Shown here in pieces: positions 9,352 through 18,700 of a DNA stretch of 20,000 bases; the first letter of the stretch is position 1, and every line of letters begins with the position of its first letter. Made by a program: the position numbers and the translations under genes. This stretch comes from an uncultured Planctomycetaceae bacterium (GTDB lineage: Bacteria > Planctomycetota > Planctomycetia > Planctomycetales > Planctomycetaceae), in the NCBI GenBank assembly GCA_963976765.1, contig CAXBME010000026.1:106895-126894 (forward strand), in the 5' to 3' direction. Under the pieces are notes generated by a model. It was not told the origin of the DNA, did no database searches, and saw only the letters and a list, made by a program, of their open reading frames with translations.

Positions 9352-10299
9352 TCAGGAAAACAATCCGCTGACAGATTCCGCGCGATGAATTCTGCGAATT
9401 GCTTCGCCCAGCAACGGAGCGATGGAGATCACTCGGAGGTTATCGAAGCGACGATCGGGAGCGAGTGGCAGGGTGTTGGTCACGACAACTTCGGTGATCG
9501 GAGCGTTGCTCAGTTTTTCAATGGCCGGGCCGCAGAAAACAGGATGAGTCGCGCTCACGTAGATTTTTCTGGCTCCGAGATCTCTGGCCACCTGCGCCGC
9601 TCCGCAGATCGAACCGCCGGTCGAGATCATATCGTCGAACAGCAGCGCGACTTTGCCTTCGATCGTATCGCCGATGATATTGGCCTGTTTTGTTTCTGTG
9701 GCACTGGCCCGACGCTTGTCAACGATGGCAAACTGACCGCCGAGATTCTTAACGTGTTTGAGCGACCGCTTGATACTGCCTGCGTCCGGGCTGACGATGA
9801 CCAGATCTTCCGGAGGGATTGCCAGCGACAGAAAGTACTCATCAATTGTCCCCGCCGCATAAAGATGGTCGACCGGCACATCAAAGAAACCCTGAATCTG
9901 TGCAGCATGCAGATCGATTGTCACGACACGGTCCGCACCGGCTTTCGTAATCAGATTGGCAACCAGCTTTGCCGTGATAGGAACTCGGCCCGAGTCCTTC
10001 CGGTCCTGCCGGGCATATCCGTAGTAGGGGATGACAGCTGTAATCCGCTCGGCGCTCGCTCTTGCGCAGGCGTCGATCATGATCAGCAGTTCGATCAGAT
10101 TTTTGTCGACCGGTGGCCCGGTCGGCTGAATCAGAAATACGTCGCGACCTCGGATATTCTCGTCCAGTTTGCAACTGATTTCTCCGTCGGGAAAATCCGC
10201 TAACTGAACATCCCCCAGCTCGAGGCCGAGGTGCTGTGCGATTTCCAGGGCGAGTTCGCGATGGGCGCGACCGCTGAGCAAAACAAGTCGATCGTACAT
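9352..10299 (-). CDS. prs: Ribose-phosphate pyrophosphokinase (PRPP synthetase)
   Basis: FPDGEI, IRGRDVFLIQPT, PYYGYARQDRK, DLHAAQIQGFF, VSPDAG, DDMISTGGS, ATHPVF. The ATG at 10299 (MYDRLVLLSG) fits the usual Prs N-terminus better than 10356. Confidence 0.97.
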   Translation of the reverse strand: MYDRLVLLSGRAHRELALEIAQHLGLELGDVQLADFPDGEISCKLDENIRGRDVFLIQPTGPPVDKNLIELLIMIDACARASAERITAVIPYYGYARQDRKDSGRVPITAKLVANLITKAGADRVVTIDLHAAQIQGFFDVPVDHLYAAGTIDEYFLSLAIPPEDLVIVSPDAGSIKRSLKHVKNLGGQFAIVDKRRASATETKQANIIGDTIEGKVALLFDDMISTGGSICGAAQVARDLGARKIYVSATHPVFCGPAIEKLSNAPITEVVVTNTLPLAPDRRFDNLRVISIAPLLGEAIRRIHRAESVSGLFS

Positions 10300-11012
10300 G
10301 TTGAATCCGTAACTACCGCAAATTGATGAGTTCGGGCATGTTGGCAAGGTAGACATGCTCGATGCAATTCAAACGAGCCCTGGAAACCGCGAAAGAGCAA
10401 GTTCCCGGACATCGGTGGCGTTTATGGCTTAAAACTCACAGCCGATCGCGACTTCGTAACCGGAAGGTTTGGTGGCCTGAGTGGTGAGCCAAATCAAACT
10501 GATCGTTGCCATCGGCAAATTCTGACAACTAGAGTTGAGCGTCCGTTGATTGATGAGCCGATCGTGATCGCCGAGGTTTATGTCAGAAAACGGTTCAACG
10601 TCGCCCGGTCGATCCCACCGGTTGGCGCAATAGTTGAGACTTTCACAGTCATGACTGCCGTGCTGACAAGTTGCAACAAAATGGCTGCACCTGACTGATG
10701 GATCAGTTGTCATGAGCCGGGAATGCCGTGAGCTGAGTTGGACACCGCAGACTTTGACAAATGAATTGCAACGGGTGTGGCCAGTAGCTAGCGTGAAGGC
10801 CGATTACAGAAGATAGACGCGAGTACGAATGCAGTAAGGTTTGCAAAGATCGAAACACCTCGGTATTTCGTAGCGGGCGACCAGGCTGCCTGGAAGTTTT
10901 CGTATCAAACGCCGTAAAGGAAGAAGTCAGACCAGATCAACAGATTCTGGTCGGATGGAGTTCTCCCTGATGCCCTTGGGCAAATCCGCAGCTCTCACAC
11001 AAGACTGACGTT

Positions 11013-12104
11013 ATGACAACCGAAACCCAGGTTGCCGATGGCATGGAGCCCACCCCGGAACCTCGACTCGAAATCAGTGGGTCACGACAGATTACAAACT
11101 GGATGGCCGACCAGAAGGTCAGCCTCGGGTTTACAACATATCAGACCGGCAAGGTGTTTCTCATTGGTCTGAAGCCAGAGGACAAGCTGTCGGTATTCGA
11201 ACGCACGTTCAATAGATGCATGGGACTCTGCTCAGACAACAACGGGCAGACTCTCTGGATGAGTTCGCTCTTCCAGCTCTGGCGATTTGAAAATGCACTC
11301 GAACCTGGGCAGACAGCTGACGGGTATGACAGACTATACGTGCCTCAGATCGGGTATACTACGGGCGACATTGATGTTCACGACGTGGCCGTTGACTCGA
11401 ACGGTCGAGTCGTGTTTGTAAACACACTTTTTGGCTGCCTGTCTACGAAGAGCGACACTCACAGCTTTCGACCGCTGTGGAAACCGCCGTTTATCAGTCG
11501 ACTTGCTGCCGAAGATCGCTGCCATTTGAACGGGATGGCCATGAAGGATGGTCGTCCCAAATGGGTATCAGCGGTCAGTCAGTCAGACGTCAATGACGGA
11601 TGGAGAGATCGGCGGCGCGATGGCGGGTGCATCATTGACGTTGAGACGAACGAAATCGTCGTCGAAGGATTGTCGATGCCGCATTCGCCACGGTGGTATC
11701 GAGACAAACTTTGGGTGCTGGATTCCGGAAACGGTTTCTTCGGGTACATTGATTTTGAGAAGCGAAAATTTGAGCCGGTAACTTTCTGCCCCGGCTATCA
11801 GCGGGGGATGGCGTTTACTGGAGACTATGCCATTGTCGGCCTGTCGCGGCCTCGGCATAACAAGACATTTTCCGGTTTGGCACTTGATGAAGAGTTGAAG
11901 AACCGAGATGCCGATGCCAGATGCGGAATTCAGATCATCGATCTGCGTTCCGGAGACATCGTTCACTGGTTGAGGATCGAAGGAATCGTTGAAGAGCTGT
12001 ACGATGTTATCGCGTTACCCGGAGTTGTCCGGCCAATGATGATCGGATTCAAAACGGACGAGATTCGAAGAACACTTTCGATTGGTCCGGACGAAGAACT
12101 GTGA
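11013..12104 (+). CDS. TIGR03032 / DUF4915 family protein (unknown function)
   Basis: SLGFTTYQTGKVFLIG, FNRCMGL, YDRLYVP..YTTGDIDVHD, FVNTLFGCL, SFRPLWKPPFISRLAAEDRCHLNGMA, GLSMPHSPRWY, FCPGYQRG, VGLSRPR, ELYDV. Confidence 0.9.
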   Translation: MTTETQVADGMEPTPEPRLEISGSRQITNWMADQKVSLGFTTYQTGKVFLIGLKPEDKLSVFERTFNRCMGLCSDNNGQTLWMSSLFQLWRFENALEPGQTADGYDRLYVPQIGYTTGDIDVHDVAVDSNGRVVFVNTLFGCLSTKSDTHSFRPLWKPPFISRLAAEDRCHLNGMAMKDGRPKWVSAVSQSDVNDGWRDRRRDGGCIIDVETNEIVVEGLSMPHSPRWYRDKLWVLDSGNGFFGYIDFEKRKFEPVTFCPGYQRGMAFTGDYAIVGLSRPRHNKTFSGLALDEELKNRDADARCGIQIIDLRSGDIVHWLRIEGIVEELYDVIALPGVVRPMMIGFKTDEIRRTLSIGPDEEL

Positions 12105-12544
12105 GTAGGACCAGGCATGCAGCGTCGCCGGTAGTCCAGCGAAAACTGATTGCCAGCGGCGCGTTTGACTTAGGGAATGTCCACTGCTGGAGACGGGGTC
12201 GGCAATGAGTGCCGGGGAAGTTTTGAGTGAACGCTCAAGTCGCATGAGGTACTTGAGTGGCTGCCAGAGCTGTTTAACATCGATGTTGCAGCTCCTTTCC
12301 GCACGGATGCTCAGTTGAGATAAAGCGGTTCTGAATCACCGGATGTGTATCGAGTTTCAGAGCAGTTTACCGCTCGATCTCGATGCTTTTCGTCGGATTT
12401 GTCCCGAGTAAGAGATTCGGGAACCATCCGGTAAAACAACCGTCCAAACCGATTCGGACTAAATGACAATCCGCAACTGCCTGAAACTGTGTCTGTGCAA
12501 TCTGTGTGTAAATGTTTTCTGGGTTGCAATTTGAGTCGCTGATA

Positions 12545-12566
12545 AAAGCCATTGAAAGCCATTGAA
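12545..12566 (+). repeat. 10-bp direct repeat AAAGCCATTG x2 upstream of the FG-GAP gene
   Basis: Exact copies at 12545-12554 and 12555-12564, about 125 nt before the ATG at 12690. Confidence 0.6.
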
Positions 12567-12689
12567 CTGAATCAGAATCCTGGGATGGATTGAGCAGAAG
12601 CTGTTCAGTCGACGCCCGGAGTCCAATATTTGATTTTCCAGGCCGCGAGATTTTGCATCCTGGGTGTGTGTCGTTTGGAGCTACGAACC

Positions 12690-15557
12690 ATGCTGCTGAC
12701 CGATTGGCTGAAGTGTCTCTCTGGTACCCGCTCGAAATTCTGTGCGCCACCCCGCATCATTCGCCGCCAGCGAGCACGAGCCGCCGGTGTTGCGGAAGTG
12801 TCGAGCCAGCCGGAAACTCTTGAAAATCGAACCCTGCTCAGCGCCGCCAACATTCTCTTAACTGATGTTTCAGGCGCGGTCGGGTTTCAAATCACTGGAG
12901 CATCTCCAGGAGGCACAAATTTCGGCAGTTCGATCAAGCCAGCTGGCGATGTCAATGGCGATGGTTTTGAAGACGTGATCGTTGGAGCCTATTACGAGAA
13001 CGTCAACGCGGGGGCGGCGTACATTCTTTTTGGAAAGTCTGACGGTTTCAGCCCCCCACCAAATCTTGACGATCTCAAGGCAACAGACGGCTTCGTAATT
13101 CGCGGAGTCAATGGCGGAATTCCCGGACCGGCCGATTACGCCGGAACCGCAGTCTCTGGTGCAGGGGACGTGAATGGCGACGGATTTGATGACATCCTTG
13201 TTGCCACTGCTCGGTACTCCGCAACGGCCGACGGCGCCGCGGGGTACGTTGTTTTCGGAAAAGCAAACAACACCGAAGTCAATTTGAGCAGTATTGATGC
13301 CGGTGCCAGTGACTCGCTCGGCTTTCGTCTGACGGGGTTTGGCAGCACGCCAGACTTCAATGCTGCTAACGCTGCCGCAACTGGCGGAGATCTCAATGGC
13401 GACGGGTTTGATGATATTGTTTTTGGTGGACCAAGAACGAATGTTGGAGCTTCCTATGGCGTCGGCGCAGCCTATGTGGTCTTCGGTAAGGAAAACGGGT
13501 TTGCCAATCTCAATATTTCGGATCTGAATGGTACAAACGGCTTTCGGTTTACGGATACCCAGGCCGTTGGTGATGCCAGCAACCAGGCTTATATCGGTTC
13601 GTCAGTCAGCATTGGCGGAGACATCAACGGCGACGGGTTGGACGACCTGATCGTCGGTGCCCCGAAGTTCGACTATGGAGCATACAATGGCAGGGTCTTT
13701 GTTGTTTTTGGCAGGACCAGTTTCAGTGCTACCGTCGAAGTGAATTCACTGAATGGAACGACCGGTTTCACCGCAACTGGCGTGCTGAACGAAAAGGCGG
13801 CCACGGGTGCAGCTGTCAGCAGCGGCGGTGATGTCAACGGAGACGGAATTGATGACTTTGTCGTGGGGGCTCCCGGCAGCGACGACTACGCCCACGTGGC
13901 GGGGCGTGTCTATGTCGTCTTCGGAAAGACGAACATTGGATCTTCCGGTTCTCTAAACCTCACTCAGATAGCCGGATCAAGCGGGTTTATTCTGAATGGA
14001 GCAGCGAATTACGACGTCGCCGGGACATCCGTCGACATTACCGGCGACATCAACGGCGACGGGTTTGATGATGTCGTGATCGGGGCTCCGACGATTAGTT
14101 CCGAATCAACGGCACCTGGAGCAAACAACGGGCAGGCTTATGTCGTTTTCGGCAGGTCCAATGTATCGACCACCGCGCCGAGCAATCTCAGCAGCCTGAA
14201 TGGCATCACAGGGTTCAGGCTGAGTGGCTCTGCCAGCTACCATGCTGGACAGCGAGTCACATCCGGGGTCGATCTCAATGGTGACGGTTTTGATGAAATT
14301 TTCATCGGCGAACCGTATTCGACCCGTGGAAGGGTCACGGTCTTCTTCGGGACTGATTTTGGGCTTAATAATGGAGTTGGCGGTGATGGCGAACTCGGCA
14401 ATGGTCTGCAAAAGATCGGCGATTCGACGGCGGAAACTCTGACAGCCGATGCGGGCAGCACCGCTGCTGACATTCTCGTTGGTGGAGGCGGCAACGACAC
14501 CCTGATCTCGGATGGTGGCTCCGACGTTCTGATTGGTGGTTCCGGCGACGATGTCCTCACGGCGAACCTGGCAAATTTCTCAAATCCAAACGTACCACGA
14601 TTTGACGGCGGCACGGGAGTCGACACTCTGACGGGCGATGCGTCGTTCAGCGGCGCATCGATCAACCTGACAGAAATCCCTGGCAACAGAATCAACGATA
14701 TCGAAGTCATTGATCTGGAAGACTCAGCGACTCAGACGTTGACGCTCAACCTGGCAACAGTTCTCGCCATCACCGGAGCCGGCCCCACCACCGCCAGCTC
14801 TTCACCGTTCGCGACAAACGACGCTCACACTCTAGTTATTCTGAGAGACGCTGACGACACGATCAACATCGGCACAGGCTGGACTCAGGGGGCCAACCAG
14901 ACGATCGACGGTGAAACCTTCGAGGTGTTCACTCAGGCTGGAGCGACGGTCAAAATTCAGTCCGCCATAGCTGTCAATGGAGACGTCAATGGTGACAATG
15001 TTTATGACTTCAATGACGGGATTCTGATCGCGCTCGTCAAAGCTTTCTTCCCGAATTCCAGTATCGAGGCGAACCAGGGTGGCACCTCACTGTCGGCTGC
15101 CACGATCAAAGCCAACGTCAACGCTCTAAACGGAGAATCAATTTTTGATGTTAATGAAGACTCAATTTTTGATTTCAATGATGGGATCCTGATCGCACTC
15201 GTTAAGGCTTTTTTTCCAAATTCCAGTATCGAAGCAAATCAGGGTGGTACATCCCTGACAGCCACTGCCATTAAAGCAAACGTCAATGCGATTCCGTCAC
15301 CTCCCTCGGGACGACTCGCGCCACCCCTGCGGTTAGCAGAAGAAGCTTCAGAATCGGCAGTACCAGAAACTCCGTCGTTTTTGCCACCTGCCCCTGCCGC
15401 TTTGCTGGTCATTGACGAAAGTTCCGCTTCTGAGGCCGCAGGAACTGACGATCCAAAGGGAACAACTCAAACTCAGCGGGACAGTGGCTCTGGAGCAAAC
15501 GTGGATCAAGCATTCATTACAGACCAGATTGACGTCTCGTTAAATTTGTTGTTGTAG
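12690..15557 (+). CDS. Secreted FG-GAP (integrin-alpha-like) beta-propeller protein with LEPR-XLL leader, RTX-type repeats and a duplicated dockerin-like module
   Basis: GGAG at 12677-12680 precedes ATG 12690 (MLLTDWLK...RRQR...ETLENRTLLS). Seven DxNGDG(F/L/I)(D/E)(D/E) repeats followed by G..(Y/F/T)V(V/F)FG-type motifs; GGGGNDTL/GGSDVL/GGSGDDVL nonapeptides; two DVNxDxxxDFNDGILI repeats; Pro/Ala/Ser-rich tail. Confidence 0.92.
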   Translation: MLLTDWLKCLSGTRSKFCAPPRIIRRQRARAAGVAEVSSQPETLENRTLLSAANILLTDVSGAVGFQITGASPGGTNFGSSIKPAGDVNGDGFEDVIVGAYYENVNAGAAYILFGKSDGFSPPPNLDDLKATDGFVIRGVNGGIPGPADYAGTAVSGAGDVNGDGFDDILVATARYSATADGAAGYVVFGKANNTEVNLSSIDAGASDSLGFRLTGFGSTPDFNAANAAATGGDLNGDGFDDIVFGGPRTNVGASYGVGAAYVVFGKENGFANLNISDLNGTNGFRFTDTQAVGDASNQAYIGSSVSIGGDINGDGLDDLIVGAPKFDYGAYNGRVFVVFGRTSFSATVEVNSLNGTTGFTATGVLNEKAATGAAVSSGGDVNGDGIDDFVVGAPGSDDYAHVAGRVYVVFGKTNIGSSGSLNLTQIAGSSGFILNGAANYDVAGTSVDITGDINGDGFDDVVIGAPTISSESTAPGANNGQAYVVFGRSNVSTTAPSNLSSLNGITGFRLSGSASYHAGQRVTSGVDLNGDGFDEIFIGEPYSTRGRVTVFFGTDFGLNNGVGGDGELGNGLQKIGDSTAETLTADAGSTAADILVGGGGNDTLISDGGSDVLIGGSGDDVLTANLANFSNPNVPRFDGGTGVDTLTGDASFSGASINLTEIPGNRINDIEVIDLEDSATQTLTLNLATVLAITGAGPTTASSSPFATNDAHTLVILRDADDTINIGTGWTQGANQTIDGETFEVFTQAGATVKIQSAIAVNGDVNGDNVYDFNDGILIALVKAFFPNSSIEANQGGTSLSAATIKANVNALNGESIFDVNEDSIFDFNDGILIALVKAFFPNSSIEANQGGTSLTATAIKANVNAIPSPPSGRLAPPLRLAEEASESAVPETPSFLPPAPAALLVIDESSASEAAGTDDPKGTTQTQRDSGSGANVDQAFITDQIDVSLNLLL
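14982..15293 (+). repeat. Intragenic tandem repeat, 165-nt (55-aa) period, dockerin-like EF-hand plus helix
   Basis: DVNGDNVYDFNDGILIALVKAFFPNSSIEANQGGTSLSAATIKANVNAL versus DVNEDSIFDFNDGILIALVKAFFPNSSIEANQGGTSLTATAIKANVNAI. Confidence 0.9.
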
Positions 15558-15585
15558 CTGTGCGTTTTATCGTTTTAGAGGTTGT

Positions 15586-15640
15586 GTCGAGTTCAGCACT
15601 ACCCGCACCCCAGTCGAGTTCAGCACTACCCGCACCCCAG
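15586..15640 (+). repeat. Perfect 27-bp tandem duplication in the intergenic region
   Basis: GTCGAGTTCAGCACTACCCGCACCCCA at 15586-15612 and 15613-15639. Confidence 0.95.
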
Positions 15641-15756
15641 CTTACCCTGTTGCCGGCGTCAGATACTCATAAATACGACCTGCCATTCACGTGGGCACGG
15701 GTTCGTTCTCCCAAATCGCACATAGAGCCCCTTCTTTTGAACGAGGCAGAACTGTC

Positions 15757-18700
15757 ATGTTGCTAAATCTTTTTCGAACATACCTAACAAATGTTTATGG
15801 CAACGTCGTGTCGAAATCACGTCGAACGCGTCACCGATCTCCACAGAGAACATTGACGCGAGGGCTTCATCAACGAATGGAGCGTCTCGAAGATCGTACG
15901 TTGCTGGCAGCTCAGCTAGTGACTGCCGGTCCCACAACGACGCTAACCGTCGGGGCTGGTCAGGAGATTACAATTCCTGTTACCTACCAGACGTTCGATG
16001 GGACAGCAGCAGCCCTGGGCAGTCCGGCAGCGTTGCAGGCTTCAATCCTGTTCAATCTCACAATGCATTACGACTCCAGTGAGCTGACATTCGTACGGTT
16101 TGAGAATGCGAAGACGGATAACGGCCACCAGGGAGTTGTTGACGATTTGGAATCAACTGTCACTCCCGATGCTGACTCAAACACGGATCGTGTTGTTCAA
16201 ACGTCGTTCTTTAACTTCGGCTCGGCGTTTCCTGTCCCTGCTACCGACGCCGAACTGAAGCTATTCGATGCCGTGTTTACCGTTAGCGCTGGTTTCTCGG
16301 CATCCACTCAGTTGAACTTCGTCAGGCAGGCAACGGGGGGAGTTGTCGGTGGCGGTTCATTTGAATTTGTCGGACAGGGAATCACTCTCAATCCGGCACC
16401 GTCGGTCAGCATCGCCGGAACTACAGATGGTGTTGAAGGTTCGGCTAACGGGCTGTTTACTGTGACACAGTCTGCGACGACCGGGACAAATACTGTGGTC
16501 AATTTTTCAGTCGCGGGAACGGCTGATGACGTGACTGACTTTAACATCGCGACTGCCGGCAACGTCACTTACGACGCAGGGACAAACACCGGCACAATTA
16601 CAATTCCTTCCGGGATGACCTCAGCCACGATTCCGATCGTCGTACTCGATGGAAACACCACGGTTGAGGCAACTGAAGCCGTCAGCATTACTCTGACCGG
16701 GATCAGCAGCGGCGACGCTGTGCTTGGCGGAGGGACAACGGATTCGATCGACATTACGGACAATGATACGGCAACTTTCACTGTTGACGATGTAACGGTC
16801 GACGAAGCAACTGGAAACGCGACGTTCACTGTTTCATTGAACAACCCGATTGACACCGCTGTGAGCATTGATGTCAGCTATGGCGGCGGCACCGCGGCGG
16901 GCGGTGGCACGGACTACGACTCGGCTACCGATGTGGCGATGTTTACCGCCAACTCGACTACGGCTCAAACTGTAACTGTCGCGATCACCAATGACGATCT
17001 GGTCGAGCTGACAGAAACTTTCACGGTCTCGCTGGCGGTCAATTCGGGAACTGTACTCGGCACGCGAAGTGTCATCGTGACCGACCAGGGCACAGGAACG
17101 ATCACCGACAACGATACGGCTACCTTTACCATCGGCGATATATCGATTGGCGAAGGCGGCACCACGGCGACGTTCACGGTTTCACTGGATAAGGCAATCG
17201 ACACCGCCGCGACGATTGATGTCAGCTACGGTGGTGGCACAGCCACTGGCGGTGGCACCGACTACGATTCCACCACAGACCAGGTGATGTACTCAGCAAA
17301 TACGACGGGAGACCGTACGGTCACCGTCGCAATTAACAATGACAATATTGTCGAACTGGCCGAAACTTTCATTGCTTCGCTTTCCGTCAACGGCAGCCTT
17401 GGTGCTCGTAGTGTGGACGTGACCGACCAGGCAACCGGCACGATCAATGATAACGACACGGCGACGTTCACGATTGAGGATGTCAGCGTCAACGAAGGTG
17501 ATGGAACAGCCACATTCACAGTGTCGCTGAGCAACCCAATCGACATTGCAGCCTCGATCGACGTGAACTACTCCGGCACTTCAGCGACCGGTGGCGGCAC
17601 CGATTTTGACTCTGCCACAGACACTGTCACGTTTAACAGTGGGACAAATGCTGACCAGACAGTGACCGTTGCGATCAATGATGACGACATTGTTGAAGCC
17701 ACAGAAAGCTTTGCCGCAACACTGGCTGTGAATGCCGGAACCGTTCTTGGGGCACGAAGCTTCAACGTCACTGACGCGGCCACAGGCAGCATTACTGACA
17801 ACGACACGGCGACATTCACGATCGCTGACGCTACGGCCAGCGAAGAAGACGGCACGATGACGTTCACCATCGCGCTTGATAAAGCCATCGATACTGCCAT
17901 TACTCTTGACGTGACTTTCACTCCGGACTCGGCTTCGAGTGCAGATTTCACGGCGACCACTCAGCAGGTCACATTCCCTGCGGGTGACAATTCATCGCGC
18001 ACGGTAATGGTTCCGCTGACCAGTGACGCGATCGTTGAAGGCGACGAAACGTTCAATGTCGACCTGTCAGTGAACACCGGGATGACGCCAACGGGTGGAC
18101 GGACAATCAACACCACCGACGGAGCTGTCGGGACGATTACCGACGTTGACACCGCCACTGTCAGCATCGCCCAGACGACCAACGGAGCGGAAACCGATTC
18201 GTCAACGCCAGGACGCTTCACGGTCACTCTGTCGAACCCGAGTTCGGTGGATACCGTTGTCAGTTACAGCGTCGCAGGTACGGCCACTGCTGGCACTGAC
18301 TACTCGGCTCTTTCTGGAACCGTAACAATCTCAGCGAATTCGACTTCGCAGACAATTGACGTGACCGTCCTTGGGGACGACATCGTCGAAGACGACGAGT
18401 CCGTCATGGTGACCCTGACGGGGTTCACAGCTCGCGATCCTCAGGTCACTCTCGGAACAGCGTCAGCCACCGTCAATATTACCGATGACGATTCGGCGAC
18501 AATTACGATTGGCAACGCATCGGTCACCGAAGGTGGAGACCTGATGTTTACGGTTTCGACCGACAAACAGATTGACACCAACGTTCTGGTCGACGTGGCC
18601 TTTGCCGATGTTTCAACCGAAGGAGCTGCTGACTTCGCCAACAGCGGGCAGCAAATCACTCTGAATGCTAACACCAGCAGCCAGACGGTGACCGTTTCCA

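Noticed and set aside
9316..10203. 295-aa + strand ORF
   Set aside because: Antisense shadow of prs.
10754..10790. Perfect TTGACA as a sigma70 -35 box
   Set aside because: No -10-like hexamer at 16-18 nt spacing.
12165..12225. AGGGAA...CCACTG...GGGAAG resembling a cobalamin riboswitch
   Set aside because: Core elements and spacing do not fit, and no B12-related gene follows.
15586..15640. Possible CRISPR repeat (27 bp)
   Set aside because: Only two copies, directly adjacent with no spacer, and no cas genes in the window.
15560..15766. 68-aa ORF with a SSSALPAPQ repeat
   Set aside because: The repeat just reflects the 27-bp duplication. It has a GTG start and no other coding evidence.
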